The notes beneath the pieces were generated by a model. The model was not told the origin of the DNA and did not search any database. It saw only the letters and a program-made list of their open reading frames with translations. Made by a program: the position numbers and the translations under genes. DNA of 63,966 nucleotides, counting the filler, from Pelomyxa schiedti (lineage: Eukaryota; Protista; Evosea), in the NCBI GenBank assembly GCA_020536535.1. It is 11 parts of 11 records of this genome, joined end to end, with 100 filler letters (N's around TTAATTAATTAA, not from the genome) between each part and the next. Parts side by side here need not be neighbours in the genome. Positions count along the whole stretch, not along the records: positions 1 to 1,017 come from JAHLWZ010002997.1; positions 1,118 to 11,326 come from JAHLWZ010001274.1; positions 11,427 to 41,723 come from JAHLWZ010000042.1; 8 more parts are not named here. One strand, 5' to 3'. Below, piece by piece: positions 1 through 12,840 of this stretch; the first letter of the stretch is position 1, and each line of letters starts with the position of its first letter.

Positions 1-508
1 AGAAGCGCAATATTTTATGCATAAAGAAAAAAGCAACGGAGAGTGTACGGGAAGGGGCCACTGCAACACGTTGCCGTCGTGTACGTCCATTATAACACCC
101 GCGTCGTCAGTCCGTGGCACAACGTTACTGATAACCACCGTTGACGTAGATCCAACGCAACAACATCCGTACAGCACAACTACAAGCCCGGCATTAAGAC
201 CCAACAACCACCTCATGTTTGGTTGCACCTTTCTTTTCAAAACCTTCCTCAGTAGAAGTTGCTTTACGAAGACAATACAGGCCAAGGTGTGCAACAAAAC
301 ATGGTTGTTGCGTCTTGGTGAACTTCTCCTTTTTTCGGTGTTGCGACCTGAATTCTCTCTAATCAAAAAACCAAGTTGGAACGCAGAACCGGTCTCGGCG
401 ACATCGCATCACAGGGTGAAAAAAAGAAGCAAGTCGTGACTAGATGAGGATTTTTTGTAAAATGATGACGGGCAGGGTTATTGCCCTTGAGATGCACAAC
501 AACAGGTA

Positions 509-806
509 ATGGACCTTTTGGCAATGAAAAAAGTTGCAGTACCATCCTCGACGCCACAAATTCGACAGGTTCATGGTGCAACTGCACCACCACAGCTGTG
601 TGTTGAATGTGACAGCGAGCCAATATTCAAGGTGTTCCAGCCCTGTGGCTATGCTGTGTGTCGCACCGCTGTGTGTTCCAATTCTCCTAACTATTCTATA
701 TTGTAATTGCAATCGCACTCTCACTCATCGTACCCGTAGTGTGCCAACACATTCATGCCCTCAATGCCGCTCCCTCATCGTTACACGCCACGATAAATCC
801 TCTTAA
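509..806 (+). CDS. 3' part of a gene ending in a degenerate RING-like zinc finger
   Basis: CVECD...PCGYAVCRT then, after a probable intron, SCPQCR...stop at 804-806. Two canonical ligands are substituted. Upstream exons are unresolved. Confidence 0.4.
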
Positions 807-1017
807 TAATAGTGGTGGCTGACCCAATGCAACAGGATCCACACAAAGCCACAACCACGGCACCTTCATTTATTTTTGAACAGTGTTCTTCAAACGATTT
901 TTCGCTGAATCACAATGACGGGGACACAACAACCAGCCAGACTAGCAGATAAGACAGTCCTTCTTTGGGTTTTGTTTTGTTGATGGGGTGAGTATTGGCA
1001 GTCCTCTGTACTGCAAC

Positions 1018-1097
1018 NNNNNNNNNNNNNNNNNNNNNNNNNNNNNNNNNNNNNNNNNNNNTTAATTAATTAANNNNNNNNNNNNNNNNNNNNNNNN
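1018..1097. other. Scaffolding spacer N..TTAATTAATTAA..N (repeated at 11327, 41724, 47119, 48785, 54712, 57079, 59319, 61581, 62715)
   Basis: Identical palindromic six-frame-stop 12-mer embedded in N runs. Confidence 0.97.
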
Positions 1098-1118
1098 NNN
1101 NNNNNNNNNNNNNNNNNG

Positions 1119-3246
1119 ATGACGGTGCCCGAGGCGGTGGTGGCCGTGATGTCGAACCAGGTGGAGGTGGCTTACCAGGGCACCATGGCCCTAAGGGCTC
1201 TCCTCAGTCTCGAAAATAGTTACGCATTATTACCCCGCTCCCTTAACTACACCTGTTTTTTTTTTCTTATTTTGGTTATGGATTACAGGTCCTCCGATTC
1301 AAGAGGTGTTGGACTCTGGGGTTGTCCCACGGCTTATTCAATTCCTGGGATTGGTGAGTGGCGCATGGCATTTGTGTTGACTATATTGTTCACTAAAAGC
1401 CTACGTTTGGTTGACATATACCTTTTTTCAGGCCGATAACCCGAAATTTCAATACGAGGCACTGTGGGCCCTAACAAATAGTTTGTTCCACTCCCCCCCC
1501 TTGTTTTACTAATTTTCCTAGTTTGCAGTGGTAACACTAAGCAAACTCAAGCTGTTATTGACTACGGCATAATACCCCCTCTTATTTCCCTTCTATCCTC
1601 CACCGCTGTTGATGTTGTGGAGCAAGTATGTGCTTCGCTTTTCTTTGTGCAGTGCTTACCTACCCAAGACTGCTTGGGCACTGGGTAACATATGTGGGGA
1701 TAATCATTCCTTCAGAGACATTGTCTTAAATCAAGGCTTCTTCCCAGCGATACTCAAAGCGATGTGTCGCTTTCCACAGGAAATGAACTTCTTAAAGAAC
1801 GCGGTACCATATTTTAGTTTACGATATGTCACTCACACGAATGATCAGACATGGGCTCTTTCCAATGGTTGTCGAGGAAAACCTTCCCCAGACGTGCGCT
1901 TTTTTTTGCCAGGTGCTAAGATTATTTTTACAACCAAGTGATAATATTGGCCAGTTGCGGGAGAAAGTCTCCAAGTGTTTCCTACTATGGCTGCTCTTCT
2001 GAAATGTCCTGATACGGATGTAATTACTGATGCTGCATGGTAATCTCGCCTGGAGATTACTTGGAACTTACTTCCTTTTAGGGCACTTTCTTATGTGAGT
2101 GACAACTCGGCGTTCATTGGGCACCTGATAGCTGGAGGAGTTATTCCTCCCCTGATAGCAAATCTAGCTGTACGTTTCGCCGAAAAAGGATACAATGTAT
2201 TTTTTAAATGGTCTTAGAAAACTGAGCTCAATGTACAAATTCCCACTCTAAGAGCCCTGGGGAATATAGCAACAGGAAGGTTGTTTCGAATTTTTTTATG
2301 TTATTTTTTCTAAAACGCTGTAGTAATGTGGAAACCCAGGTTTGCTTTGTTCTTAAGCTGTTTATTGTTTTGCTACTAACATTTTCCGAAGTCCCTTGTT
2401 GATGCTGGGATTTTCGCAGCTGTAGGACCTTTGTAGTAACTCTTTCCTAGGTGTTCGCATCACTTACTCAAGTTTAGACTAAAAGCAAAGAAAAAGTGCT
2501 TGAGAAAAGAAGCGTGTTGGCTGGTACATTCAACTTTTTTTCTTGCGAATTTATCTTCATCGTAGCTCTCCAATATATCCAGTGGAACAAAGTATGTCAC
2601 CACGCACTTACGATGTCTAAATTGTAATTCTTAGGGATCAAGTGAGAGCTCTCTTCAACAGTGGATTGATGCCCGATGTTGTACAATGCCTCAAAGCTTC
2701 TGAAATGGATATACGAAAGGAGGCTTGCTGGGTTGTATGCAACGCACTTGAGTGTGACGATCCAGCATTAAACGGGTATGTGCTCCACTGGGGAAAACGA
2801 GCTCATCCTCAAACAGTTATTTGATTTCTTTGGGAGTGATGGCTGACTTAACACAACTTCTCGACTGCTCAGATAACAAAATTGTTACACTTATTCTAGA
2901 GGTGTCACAAAACCCCCAACAAACCAAAAAAAATCTGAACCCACTATAGGCTGTGAAAAGGATACTGGCTAGTGACAAAAGTACACCAAATAAGTACGCT
3001 AGTGATGAGCTGCTTGCTGCGTTGGACCAGTTGCAGGACAACAGCAACGAACATATATACAATACGGCAATGAGGTTACTTGAGGACTATGGAGGTGCAC
3101 GTAATGAAGATGAAGATGAAGAGGATGATGAGGATGATGAGGATGATGAGGATGAGGATGACAAACCAGCTGAGAAAAAAGACAAGAAAGACAAGGAAAA
3201 CAAACCCATATCACGCACAACCTCTGACACCATGGAAACAGAATAA
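1119..3246 (+). CDS. KPNA: Importin alpha (karyopherin alpha), multi-exon, 5' end lost in gap
   Basis: Spliced ARM-repeat motifs: PPIQEVLDSGVVPRL, AWALGNICGD, TWALSNGCRGKPSPD, ITDAAWALSYVSD, LRALGNIATG, KEACWVVCNA. Acidic C-terminal tail with stop at 3244-3246. Confidence 0.93.
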
Positions 3247-3366
3247 CAGAAAATACATAAAAAGAACATTTCATTTTCGTGTGAACGGATAGAACCGTAT
3301 CTACACTTTCTATTTACACAGTTGCACAGTCAATAATCAAGGTCATAGGTCATTGGCCCAGGCGGG

Positions 3367-6012
3367 ATGTTCCCACGACGCACCGTGAAGCTACCCCCAA
3401 TTCACAAGAAACCCTCATCATCACAACAACGCCCACAAGTACCTCCTGGTGTGTGCTTCTGTTGTTGTCCGTTATTTGGTAACTTGTAGTGTGTATAACC
3501 AGGAGGCGACGATGAGGATGTACCCAACACAGCAGCCGCGACAGCAACATCAAAAACTACAACCAAAGTAGCAACAACCACTACAACTAGTACCACAAGT
3601 TCAAAGCGAACACTACAACAACAAATGGGGCACGGTGCTGGTGACGAAAAGAATGCGGGGACCCCGGCAAACAAGTCCCCGGCAAAACCAGGTGTTGTAA
3701 GGGAGAGCACCACGCCCCCTAAGAAACCTACAAAGAGGGTGTTGACAGCTACTGCCAGCATCAAAGAGGAACCCCTGCGCGATGTTGCTGCTGGTTTGTG
3801 TCTAATAATCCTGTTATGCATTAATGTAACATAGTTAATATATTTGGGTAAATTTTCACGTTGCCTAATTCTAAAGATGATGCAGACAACGATGGTGAAG
3901 AGGGAAATGGGGAAGGCGATGACGAAATTGAATATGAGGACCCTTTTGAGGATGAATTTGAGGAGGAGGAGCAGGTTAACCAAGAGGAGGAGGAAGAAGA
4001 AGAAGAGGAGGAGGAGGAAGAAGACCCAGAAGTGGAAGGAGGTGCCGAGGATGAAAATGAAAGCACAGAAGCCACTGCAGAAACTACCCCCACAAAACGC
4101 AAAGGGGCTAGAAAAATGAAACTTGAAGAAGTGACTGCTGCAATCGAACCCGAGGAAGATGCAGAAGATGACGACGACGACGAGGGTGGTGAAGATGATG
4201 GCGGTGCGGATGAAGATGAAAATGGCAGTGGCGAAGATGATGACGAAGAGGAGGAACTCAATGTTTTTCCCTTTCCCTCCTTAGTCATTTCGCCTTAGAG
4301 TACTTAGGTCTTTCGGCCAGATACGTACAACCTTGAGAAGGGAGAAGTCCTTGGTTTCTATTAAACGACACTCTTCAAGATTCTAACTTGGGAAAAGAAC
4401 CAGACAACTCAGCCTACACCATGCTTCATCAGATGACAACCTATTGGCCGTGCTTAAGCATGGACTTTTTACCAGATATTATTGGAGCTACAAGACATGT
4501 AAATAATGATCTTATTGAATAACCCTGACACTTTGAACTATAAGTGGCCACATACAATGTACGTTGCTGCAGGAACACAGGCCACTCAGGCGTCAGATAA
4601 TTCACTCATGTTGCTAAAAATATCGAAGTTGCACAAAACCAACCGCGACGATTTGGAGTCAGATGAAGATTTGCCCGGTTACAATTCCCACTAAAATGTG
4701 ACCTTTTCCTTTGGTTGTTCATTTTGGTGCAGGTGAGTCCTCTGAAGATGAAGAAGACAGAGATGAAGATGTTGATGAAGATGCCGTGTTAGAACAGAAA
4801 GACATCAAGCACATTGGGGCAATCAATAGACTTAAAGTTTCCTTAAGAACTGCCGCCTCTTATCTAATATAGTGTAAACCAGTGCATGAAACAACAGCCG
4901 TCCACAATAGCAACTTGGAGTGAGACGAAACAAGTTCACATCTGGACACTGCGAGATCAACTAAATGCACTTGATGACCCTAGATATACAACAGCAGCAA
5001 ATACTATTCCACTGCAAACGCTAAACCACAAAGCGGAAGGGTTTGCAATGGATTGGTCACCTATATCAAAGGGATGGTGAGTATCTACTTTTGTCACACC
5101 GTGTATTGAGAGATGGCCAGGTTTCTGACTGGTGATTGTCTTCGTAACATTTATTGTTGGAAACCTGCTGAACCGTAATTGTGAGTTTATTCACCTAACA
5201 CAAACACTTACCCCAGGGCATGGATTGGAGAAGGGCCGTATTCGGGACATAAATCGTCAGTGGAGGACCTGCAGTGGTCACCAACTGAATCCACTGTATG
5301 ACGAACCCATTAACAGTACACCTCAGGGGTATTTCTAGTGGCTTAATTGGGTTTTCCATGTGTCTAGGTTTTTGCGTCTTGTTCTTCGGATCAAACTATA
5401 AGAATTTGGGATCACAGAACAAAAAAACAGCCGCAGTTGACTGTAAAAGCTCATTCCTGTGACGTAAATGTTATATCCTGGAACAAGTGAGACGCTTTTT
5501 CCCCGTTTCCTTTACTTGACAAATCATAGGCTCGTTCCGCACTTGATGGTATCAGGTGCCGATGACGGTACATTTAACATCTGGGACCTTCGAACCTTCT
5601 CTTCCGGCACTCCGATTTCCCAGTTTATATATCACACCAAGCAAATCACTTCAGTGGAGTGGTCTCCGTGGGAGGATTCAGTCTTGGCCGTAGCGGGTGC
5701 CGATGATCAGGTAACCATTCCTTTCGAAAACTTCAACCCTAATAAACAACAAAGGTGACTATCTGGGATTTATCACTTGAGGATGATCCTGAAGAACAAA
5801 TTGCCAAGCGGAAGACTCCGGCCGATCCTGTGCCTCCTCAATTAACCTTTGTACACATGGTAACTCACAACAAACACCTAAACAACGATTCTAATTCCAT
5901 TCCACAGGGTGTCCGTGATGTCAAAGAGGTACACTGGCACCCACAAATCAAGAACACATTGGGTTGCAACTCCCTCAGTGGATTACAGTTCTTCCTTCCT
6001 GCAAATCTGTGA
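3367..6012 (+). CDS. GRWD1: Glutamate-rich WD40 protein GRWD1/Rrb1 (ribosome assembly), multi-exon
   Basis: Long acidic N-terminus, then [107 protein letters not shown]. Start codon is uncertain. Confidence 0.9.
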
Positions 6013-6277
6013 GCCACCTACACAAAAAAGAAACCAGATGACATTAATTATGCGAACTGGTGATCACTGTTCATTTTCTCCCTCCAATGGGCTGCAAAAA
6101 CACTGATTTCCTTTCTCCATAACAGACACACAAGACACTGTGGTGCACTGAGGTGTTTTATGTGCAGGAAACAGACTGGCACCCCCAAAATCACAATTTA
6201 CTGGTGAGGAAACTGTTTTTTTTTGATAACACCGAAGTGCATCCGTGGTTTTGTTGACGCAGTAAATTCTGAGTGAG

Positions 6278-7286
6278 ATGGTGTTTTTCTTTGTTGGACG
6301 AAGTAACACAGTGATCTACATGGGTGTTGACAAGTTCGAAAACGACGAGCTCATACGGTACTCGTTCCCCGATGACGTATGGTACGTAACTCTGTTCGGT
6401 TTTTTTTAAAAAAAGGTTAAATGTTACGCCCGCTGTAATACGGTTTTTGTTGTATTTGAGAAGTAAATGAAGCTGCGGTTTATTTGAACAGGCTATATGG
6501 GTTTTTTTTTTATTATTATTAGGTTCCACGTTGGGGGGAACATGTCTAGTGCGCATGTGTATCTTCGTTTGCTGCCTGGGATGACGATTGATACTATTCC
6601 TCCTGATGTGCTTGAAGACTGTTTCCAACTCGTCAAGGCTAACAGTAGAGACGGTACTTATACTCATTCCTATTGACTCTATTCACCAAGAATCGCTTCC
6701 TGTTTTGTCTGTGCACAGGACGGAAAACGGATAGAGTAACTATTGACTACACTGCCGTTTCTAACCTGAGGAAAGCTAAGTCAATGGACGTTGGTCAGGT
6801 TGGATTTGTTGACGACAGACAGGTTTGCATAATACACTTTTAGTGTTATCTACTTAAACTTGGTAAAGGTCCGATATGGTCAAGTTCCCGCTAAAATAAA
6901 CGCAATCATCAATAGACTCAACAAAACCCGAACAGAGAGATCAGTCTTAGAAATGAAAGGTGTGTGCTGAGCAGTTTGACTTTATTGTGAGCCTAATTCC
7001 AAAGTTCCTTTTGCATTTCACTAATGAAACATAGCCGAAAGAGAGCACCGGGATGAGGAACTTCGTGACAGAAGAAAGCTAGAACTACAAGCCCAAGTAC
7101 CCCCTTTTTTTTTTAGGAAACCTTACAAACTCCTTGTTACAGGCCAGAGCTATTGAGGAGGAAAAACGCCGCAGAAAAGCAGAGGAGGACCTTCGGTGTT
7201 ACAAATCAGTGATGAAGCCGGAAGTCATGCAATCCAATACAACCCAAACAAGCTCTGCTGCTGAGTATGAAGAGGACTTCATGTGA
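6278..7286 (+). CDS. CCDC25: CCDC25/Jlp2-like NFACT-R domain protein
   Basis: [23 protein letters not shown]|[33 protein letters not shown], coiled-coil tail ending YEEDFM-stop. Confidence 0.9.
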
Positions 7287-7406
7287 AGTGGTTTTGGTTC
7301 CTATTGTTTAGGTCCACGATATTGGAGGGAATAAAACAACCTCATTGTGAAAAAAGTTTTTTTTTTCCTTTTCTGGAATACAATGTTGTTTGGAATGGTT
7401 TTTATT

Positions 7407-8773
7407 TTACTCGTCAAAGAGAACAAGAGAAAATCCGAACTTTTGTGTGCCACGGGTGATATCATCAACAGCTGCAACAAACTTGGCTGTCTGTTTTTGT
7501 ATTAGTCCGATCAGATGTTGAGGGTCTTTATTTGTGCATACCGGGGACAGTTTATGAATGTAGGCACATCCCACAGTGCCGTTGGTGGCCACTTTTGTTT
7601 TGAGACTAACATCGGGGATGGGTGAGTATTCAACTCCAACAATGATATTGGCAGGATTTGCGGCTTCGCCGGTCTCAGCTCTTGTGTTGCGTTACAAAAT
7701 AGTAGAGGATGTGAGGAAATACGGTTTATTTGGGTGCTTCAGAGCCTCAAAACCAACTGTAAGTTTGTTGGTAACACGCTGAAGATAAGAGAGACCGCAA
7801 ACCCGGGAGGACTTAGAAAAGTGCCTGGAGAAGGTAACTAAATTGCCCATAAACGGGAAAAAGTGTATACGCATAGGACTGGAAGGTTGGCGTCGTGTAA
7901 CCAGCAAAGAATATGGCATCATGTACCAATGGTTCCTCTCTGAAAAGCGATTATTTTGGCAGTTTTCGAAGAGCTATAATTACTGGATAACAGCTGCAGT
8001 CGCTGTAGAGGAAGTGACCGGTACAACTGCTCGGTTTTTCAGATGGTACTCCATACTTGCACCGCCCAAGAATCCTGTTTTACTGTGGTTTGCCAATAGG
8101 CTGGTTGCAACCATAACTACCTTGATGAGCGAGAACAGCCGCTGCACCAAGAGTTTTCATCCAATCAAGACTGGTAGAAAGGCTAAAGAACTTGTTTCTA
8201 GTTGAGTAAGCGGTATTGAAGGGATAACGAATCGTCTAATCATACTGAAACTTGAGGCAGCTCTTCAAGTTGTCTCTGGTGGCCTCAAATTGTACAGTGG
8301 TGCCAGGGAGAGTGTCTTTTACTTCAACGGCCGCCTTATCTGGATGTGAGTTGTAATGTCGGGCTCATTGGAACGCAACCTTGGCATTTGGAGCCGCAGT
8401 AGAAAGATTGAGATCCAGCTTTGCAGTGGAGAATTTGAAAGTTGGAGCCAGAGCGCAACTAACAGACCCGTCTTCCTTGCGCGTCAAGGACACATTTCCT
8501 GTCTTTTTTTATTTTATTTTAGTTTTCAGCGTGTTAAAAAATATAAGAGGTAGAAATAGATAAGCAAAGAGGTACTTACTAAATAGGGTGATTGTGATGG
8601 AATATGAGCCTCCGCTTTTACTTGGTCCGTGAAGTCCTTGTACAAAAAGTCTTTTTTTTTGTTTTTTTGTGTTTGTTTGGCGTTAGAATATGACACAATA
8701 CGAAGAGTGTGTCAACGGCGACGATACCGCGTGTGTCCTTGCCCAGATCTTCAAACAAAGGTGCGCACGACAT
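7407..8773 (-). CDS. VDAC: VDAC-like eukaryotic porin, multi-exon
   Basis: Spliced N-terminus MSCAPLFEDLGKDTR|DFLYKDF resembles the VDAC N-helix (PPxYxDLGKxARD). C-terminal strands IVGVEYSPIPDVSLKTKVATNGTVGCAYIHKL...KFGFSLVL resemble the VDAC end. Not visible as a single ORF. Confidence 0.82.
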
Positions 8774-9112
8774 GCTGTCTCTGTCTCTTCGTCAACCTAA
8801 AGTTTTCTGTTATTTAGTATCTAATTTCTCACCAAAAGCAAACACTGTCGCCCTCTTTGGTATCACGTTGTGGTGGTGGTTGTGGATTCTTTCTCAGGTA
8901 GAGCTGAGTGGCTCCGGAGAGAGGAAAAGATCTTTTCTCAGATGGGAGCATCTCCAACTTAGGTGAAGCGAAACTGTTTCTGGGCGTATCGTGGAAGCAC
9001 CGAAACGCACCCACAGCGTCATCATCCACAACGAATCATCCACCCAACAAATAACTTAACTCTTGCAACCGCATACCAAAGTTCTGTAGAAAACAACTAC
9101 CGTCTCACACAA

Positions 9113-11326
9113 ATGAGCAACCACACCCATAATAACAACGTTGGTGTACGCCACTTGGCCCTAGCCTCTTCGTCATCCTCCGTCTCGCCGGCAACTACAA
9201 CAACACACACGAGTAGTGGTGCTGCGAATGGGAAGGGCAGGGATGGGGATTATGGGCACCACGGCGCCGTAGTGCGGGGCGTGTCGCCATCACCATCTCC
9301 GTCTACGTCAGTTGCTATTCTATCCGCCGCCGCCCATTTCTATGCTATCAGTGGTGGTTCCACTTCCACTTCCACTTCCACTTCCGCTTCCACTTCCGCT
9401 TCTTCTACTTCTACTTCTACTTCTGTTACATCTGCTTCTGGTGGTGTTAGTGTGAAGGGCACCACGAGTTCTTCTTCGGCACCACCTCCGCAGCGCGAAA
9501 GAAAGCACAGGAGGGGATCCAGTGACCTGAATGATAGGGCGGCCAAGCCTTCATCATCACACGCGGATTCCGGTCACCACATCGCGGAGACCGCTCATGT
9601 TTCCAAAGGTAAATCTCCTTTGCTTTCTTCCCCCTTTCTCAGAGTAAGGATTGTTGTAACTAAATCGGGGAAAAAAGCTCAGGTTGGAAGAGAAGATTTC
9701 GTTATAATAAGGCAACTTGGAAAAGGACATGTTGGAAAAGTGTATGCGACCATTTAATCTTTCACTCAGGCTTAAACAAAAAAGATATCTTGTAAGACAC
9801 AAGGAAACAAACAGACTCTACGCCATGAAAGTTTATTCAAAGGAAGCAATGATAAGAGAAGGAAAAGTAGCTTTGCTATTTGTTTGGGTGCCATTTAACA
9901 CTGTGCAGATAAAACGCTGCCAAACTGAACGCGAAATATTGTCACAATCAAATCATCCTTTAGTTATGACCCTCTATTGGTCTTTCCAGGTAAAACTAGG
10001 TTAGACACCTCTGAGTTTAAACCACATCCAGTCTCCGAACTGTTTGTACTTCGTCATGGAATATTGCGCTGGAGGTGAATTCTTCAAGACTCTGTCAAAG
10101 CAGCCAAATGGATGTCTTTCTGGTTTCTCTTTTGCACCTATAGTTCTTGCTGACCTGTACAAAAAAAAGAGGAGGGTGCAAAATTTTACGGTGCCGAAGT
10201 TTTGATAGCCCTAGAGTATCTTCATTACATGGGGTAAGCTGCAGTAAGTCCTTTTATAGACTAATTGTAACTATAAAAGGTTTATTTACCGTGACCTCAA
10301 GGTATGATATCATATTGACTTTTTTGTGTCTTATGATTTTTTTGGTGCTATTTGTTTGGAAATTTCCAGCCTGAAAGTGCGACTCACTGTCACTGCCAAT
10401 TATATCTAACGAAAGCACAGATATCCTACTTCGTGCATCTGGTCATATTGTACTGACTGATTTGTATGTTTTCAGCCTGAAATCCTTTTTTTTTCCTAAT
10501 ATTAGCTTTGCGTAGTGACCTGTCCAAAGGTGCTGCCTCTTCCACAATGAGAGTAATGCACCACTGACCTCAGACAAATTTATAACTTGTATCAAAAGAT
10601 TGTAGATACCTGGAACACCCAGGTTCTCTCAATAAAATCGGAACTTGCAACAAGATCTTTTGTTGGGACAGAGGTTCGTCCTCCATAAGAGCGTTTTAAC
10701 CAATATCCCCATAGGAGTACATAGCTCCGGAGGTAATAAAAGGAACCGTGCAAACTGGAGCTGTGGATTGGTGGACTTTTGGTACTTCCCTTTCTTTCTC
10801 TATGGTGAGCTAACCATGCAAGGTATACTGCTGTATGAAATGATGGTATGAAAGCAAGTGGCTTGGCTTGTTCAAATCACATTCGCAGTTTGGGATCACT
10901 CCGTTCAAAGGCAGTACACAAATAATTACATTTCAGAATATCATGACAGGCGCAATTGCCTTTCCAGATAAGCCCTCTGTATGTTGTTCCCATTTATTTC
11001 CCTCAAAGAATGGCCGTATCTGACATTATCAGGTCTCGAAATATGCCAAGGACATTATCAAAAAGCTGCTTGTACGTGAGGCTCCACGTCGACTTGGTTC
11101 CGAAAATGGAGCCGACGATTTAAGAAATCATCCCTTCTTCAAAGCAGTGAAATGGCAAAGTACTACCCCTCTTTTAAACTCTCTTCTTACCATTTCATAG
11201 TGATCCGGGACCAAAAGCCACCAATAGTGCCTGTGTTGACGGGACCCGATGATACCAGTTACTTCCCCCCAGTGAAGGATGATAGTTCCCTTGAGTCGTT
11301 AGAATCCAGAGCCCCACCTGAAACCA
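9113..11326 (+). CDS. AGC-family Ser/Thr kinase (Nrc-2/Fpk1/phototropin-kinase-like), 3' end runs into gap
   Basis: LGKGHVGKVY, YAMK, FVMEYCAGGEFF, IYRDLKPENILL, LTDFDLSK, SFVGTEEYIAPE, VDWWTFGILLYEM, RRLGSENGA..HPFF. The DFD (not DFG) motif and GEFF are typical of this subfamily. Confidence 0.92.
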
Positions 11327-11426
11327 NNNNNNNNNNNNNNNNNNNNNNNNNNNNNNNNNNNNNNNNNNNNTTAATTAATTAANNNNNNNNNNNNNNNNNN
11401 NNNNNNNNNNNNNNNNNNNNNNNNNN

Positions 11427-12728
11427 CCTTGGAATTTATTAGTGGAATCGAGGACAACAAAAAAACAGCCACCTTCTTTTGTACTCGTAAGTTCTGCCTT
11501 AGCTGCCTCGACTGCTTCATTTTTACTGTGCAAGTCTACTCTAGTTGCTTGCAACTCCGCGAGGACTCTGTCAAGGCGAATACGCAAGTCTAGAATTTCG
11601 TTCTGCAGAATGCTCTTTTCTTCATCTATGTGAGAGATGAGAAAAGAGTGACTTTCACACCAACACTTAAATGAAACTACGCACTTAATACTCGTACAGC
11701 TTCCTTCTTGGCGTTCCATCTGGTGACTATGAAATCATATTGTGCATCAAGTTCTCTATCCAAATCAGAGAGACGTGGATTTGCCATTTGAACAGAAGCA
11801 GAAGCTGAAGATGAGGATGGAGCTGGAGCTGGAGCTGGGGCAGAGGCAGAGGCCGGGACTGCACTTGCAGTTCCCGTCGTGATCGCTGAGGTCTGCTGGA
11901 AATTAATTGATATAAGCATCGCAGAAAATCACGAAATTGCGAGGCAGATAGAGCAGAAACAGATACCCCAAAAACGTGCTCCGTTGGATTCATCGTGATA
12001 ATTACACCGTCGGTCTTGCAAGCTTGGTCACGAGCAACTTTCTCCTGCCGGTCCACTGCCTGATCCCAGTGAACCACAACAGATGCCTTGAATCCAGCAT
12101 TCACAAGGAAGTCAATATTCCCGCCGNNNNNNNNNNNNNNNNNNNNNNNNNNNNNNNNNNNNNNNNNNNNNNNNNNNNNNNNNNNNNNNNNNNNNNNNNN
12201 NNNNNNNNNNNNNNNNNNNNNNNNNNACCGTCGGTCTTGCAAGCTTGGTCACGAGCAACTTTCTCCTGCCGGTCCACTGCCTGATCCCAGTGAACCACAA
12301 CAGATGCCTTGAATCCAGCATTCACAAGGAAGTCAATATTCCCGCCGGGTGTTGTGCAAACAACTGCTTTTCCATTGATAGCTGCTGTGTGCCTAAGAAA
12401 TTCATCCTTCTTCCGCAGATGTAAGTCGAAAACAATCAGCCACGCCATCACTGCACACATTCACTGCAATTGATACTGACGTAACTTCCGCAATTCCTCG
12501 CCACACAAGTGCCTTGGCCACGTGCTGACACTCGTCCCACTTTGTGCAGTACACTACAATCAAACCCCTCTTCACCAAGGCCACAGTTGCTGCCAACCTG
12601 GCATAAAAGTTTACCAACAACATCCTTCAAACAACCGCACAATCACTGTCACTATCCCATACCATGTGATCTTGTCCTCTGCACAAAAAATAAAGAAACT
12701 CACTGGTTTTTTGTGCAAAAATTTTCAT
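11427..12728 (-). CDS. Hypothetical protein: degenerate SF2 helicase C-terminal (RecA2)-like domain plus coiled coil
   Basis: MKIFAQKT|KDKITW..LIVVYCTKWDECQHVAKAL resembles helicase motif IV context. Ala/Pro linker and coiled coil follow. No Walker A/DEAD region seen. Interrupted by gaps. Confidence 0.4.
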
Positions 12729-12840
12729 TGTTACTGTATTAACGACAAGTGAATCTGTTGAGATTCTCCGGGGGCGAACCGAGCGATGCGTCAGGTTTAC
12801 TTTGTTGGCTATTTGGACACACTGGTCATTTATTGATGGA

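Noticed and set aside
12007-12346. About 120-bp direct repeat flanking a 100-N gap (same pattern at 42225-42564)
   Set aside because: Identical sequence on both sides of a gap inside a gene. This is an unmerged contig overlap.
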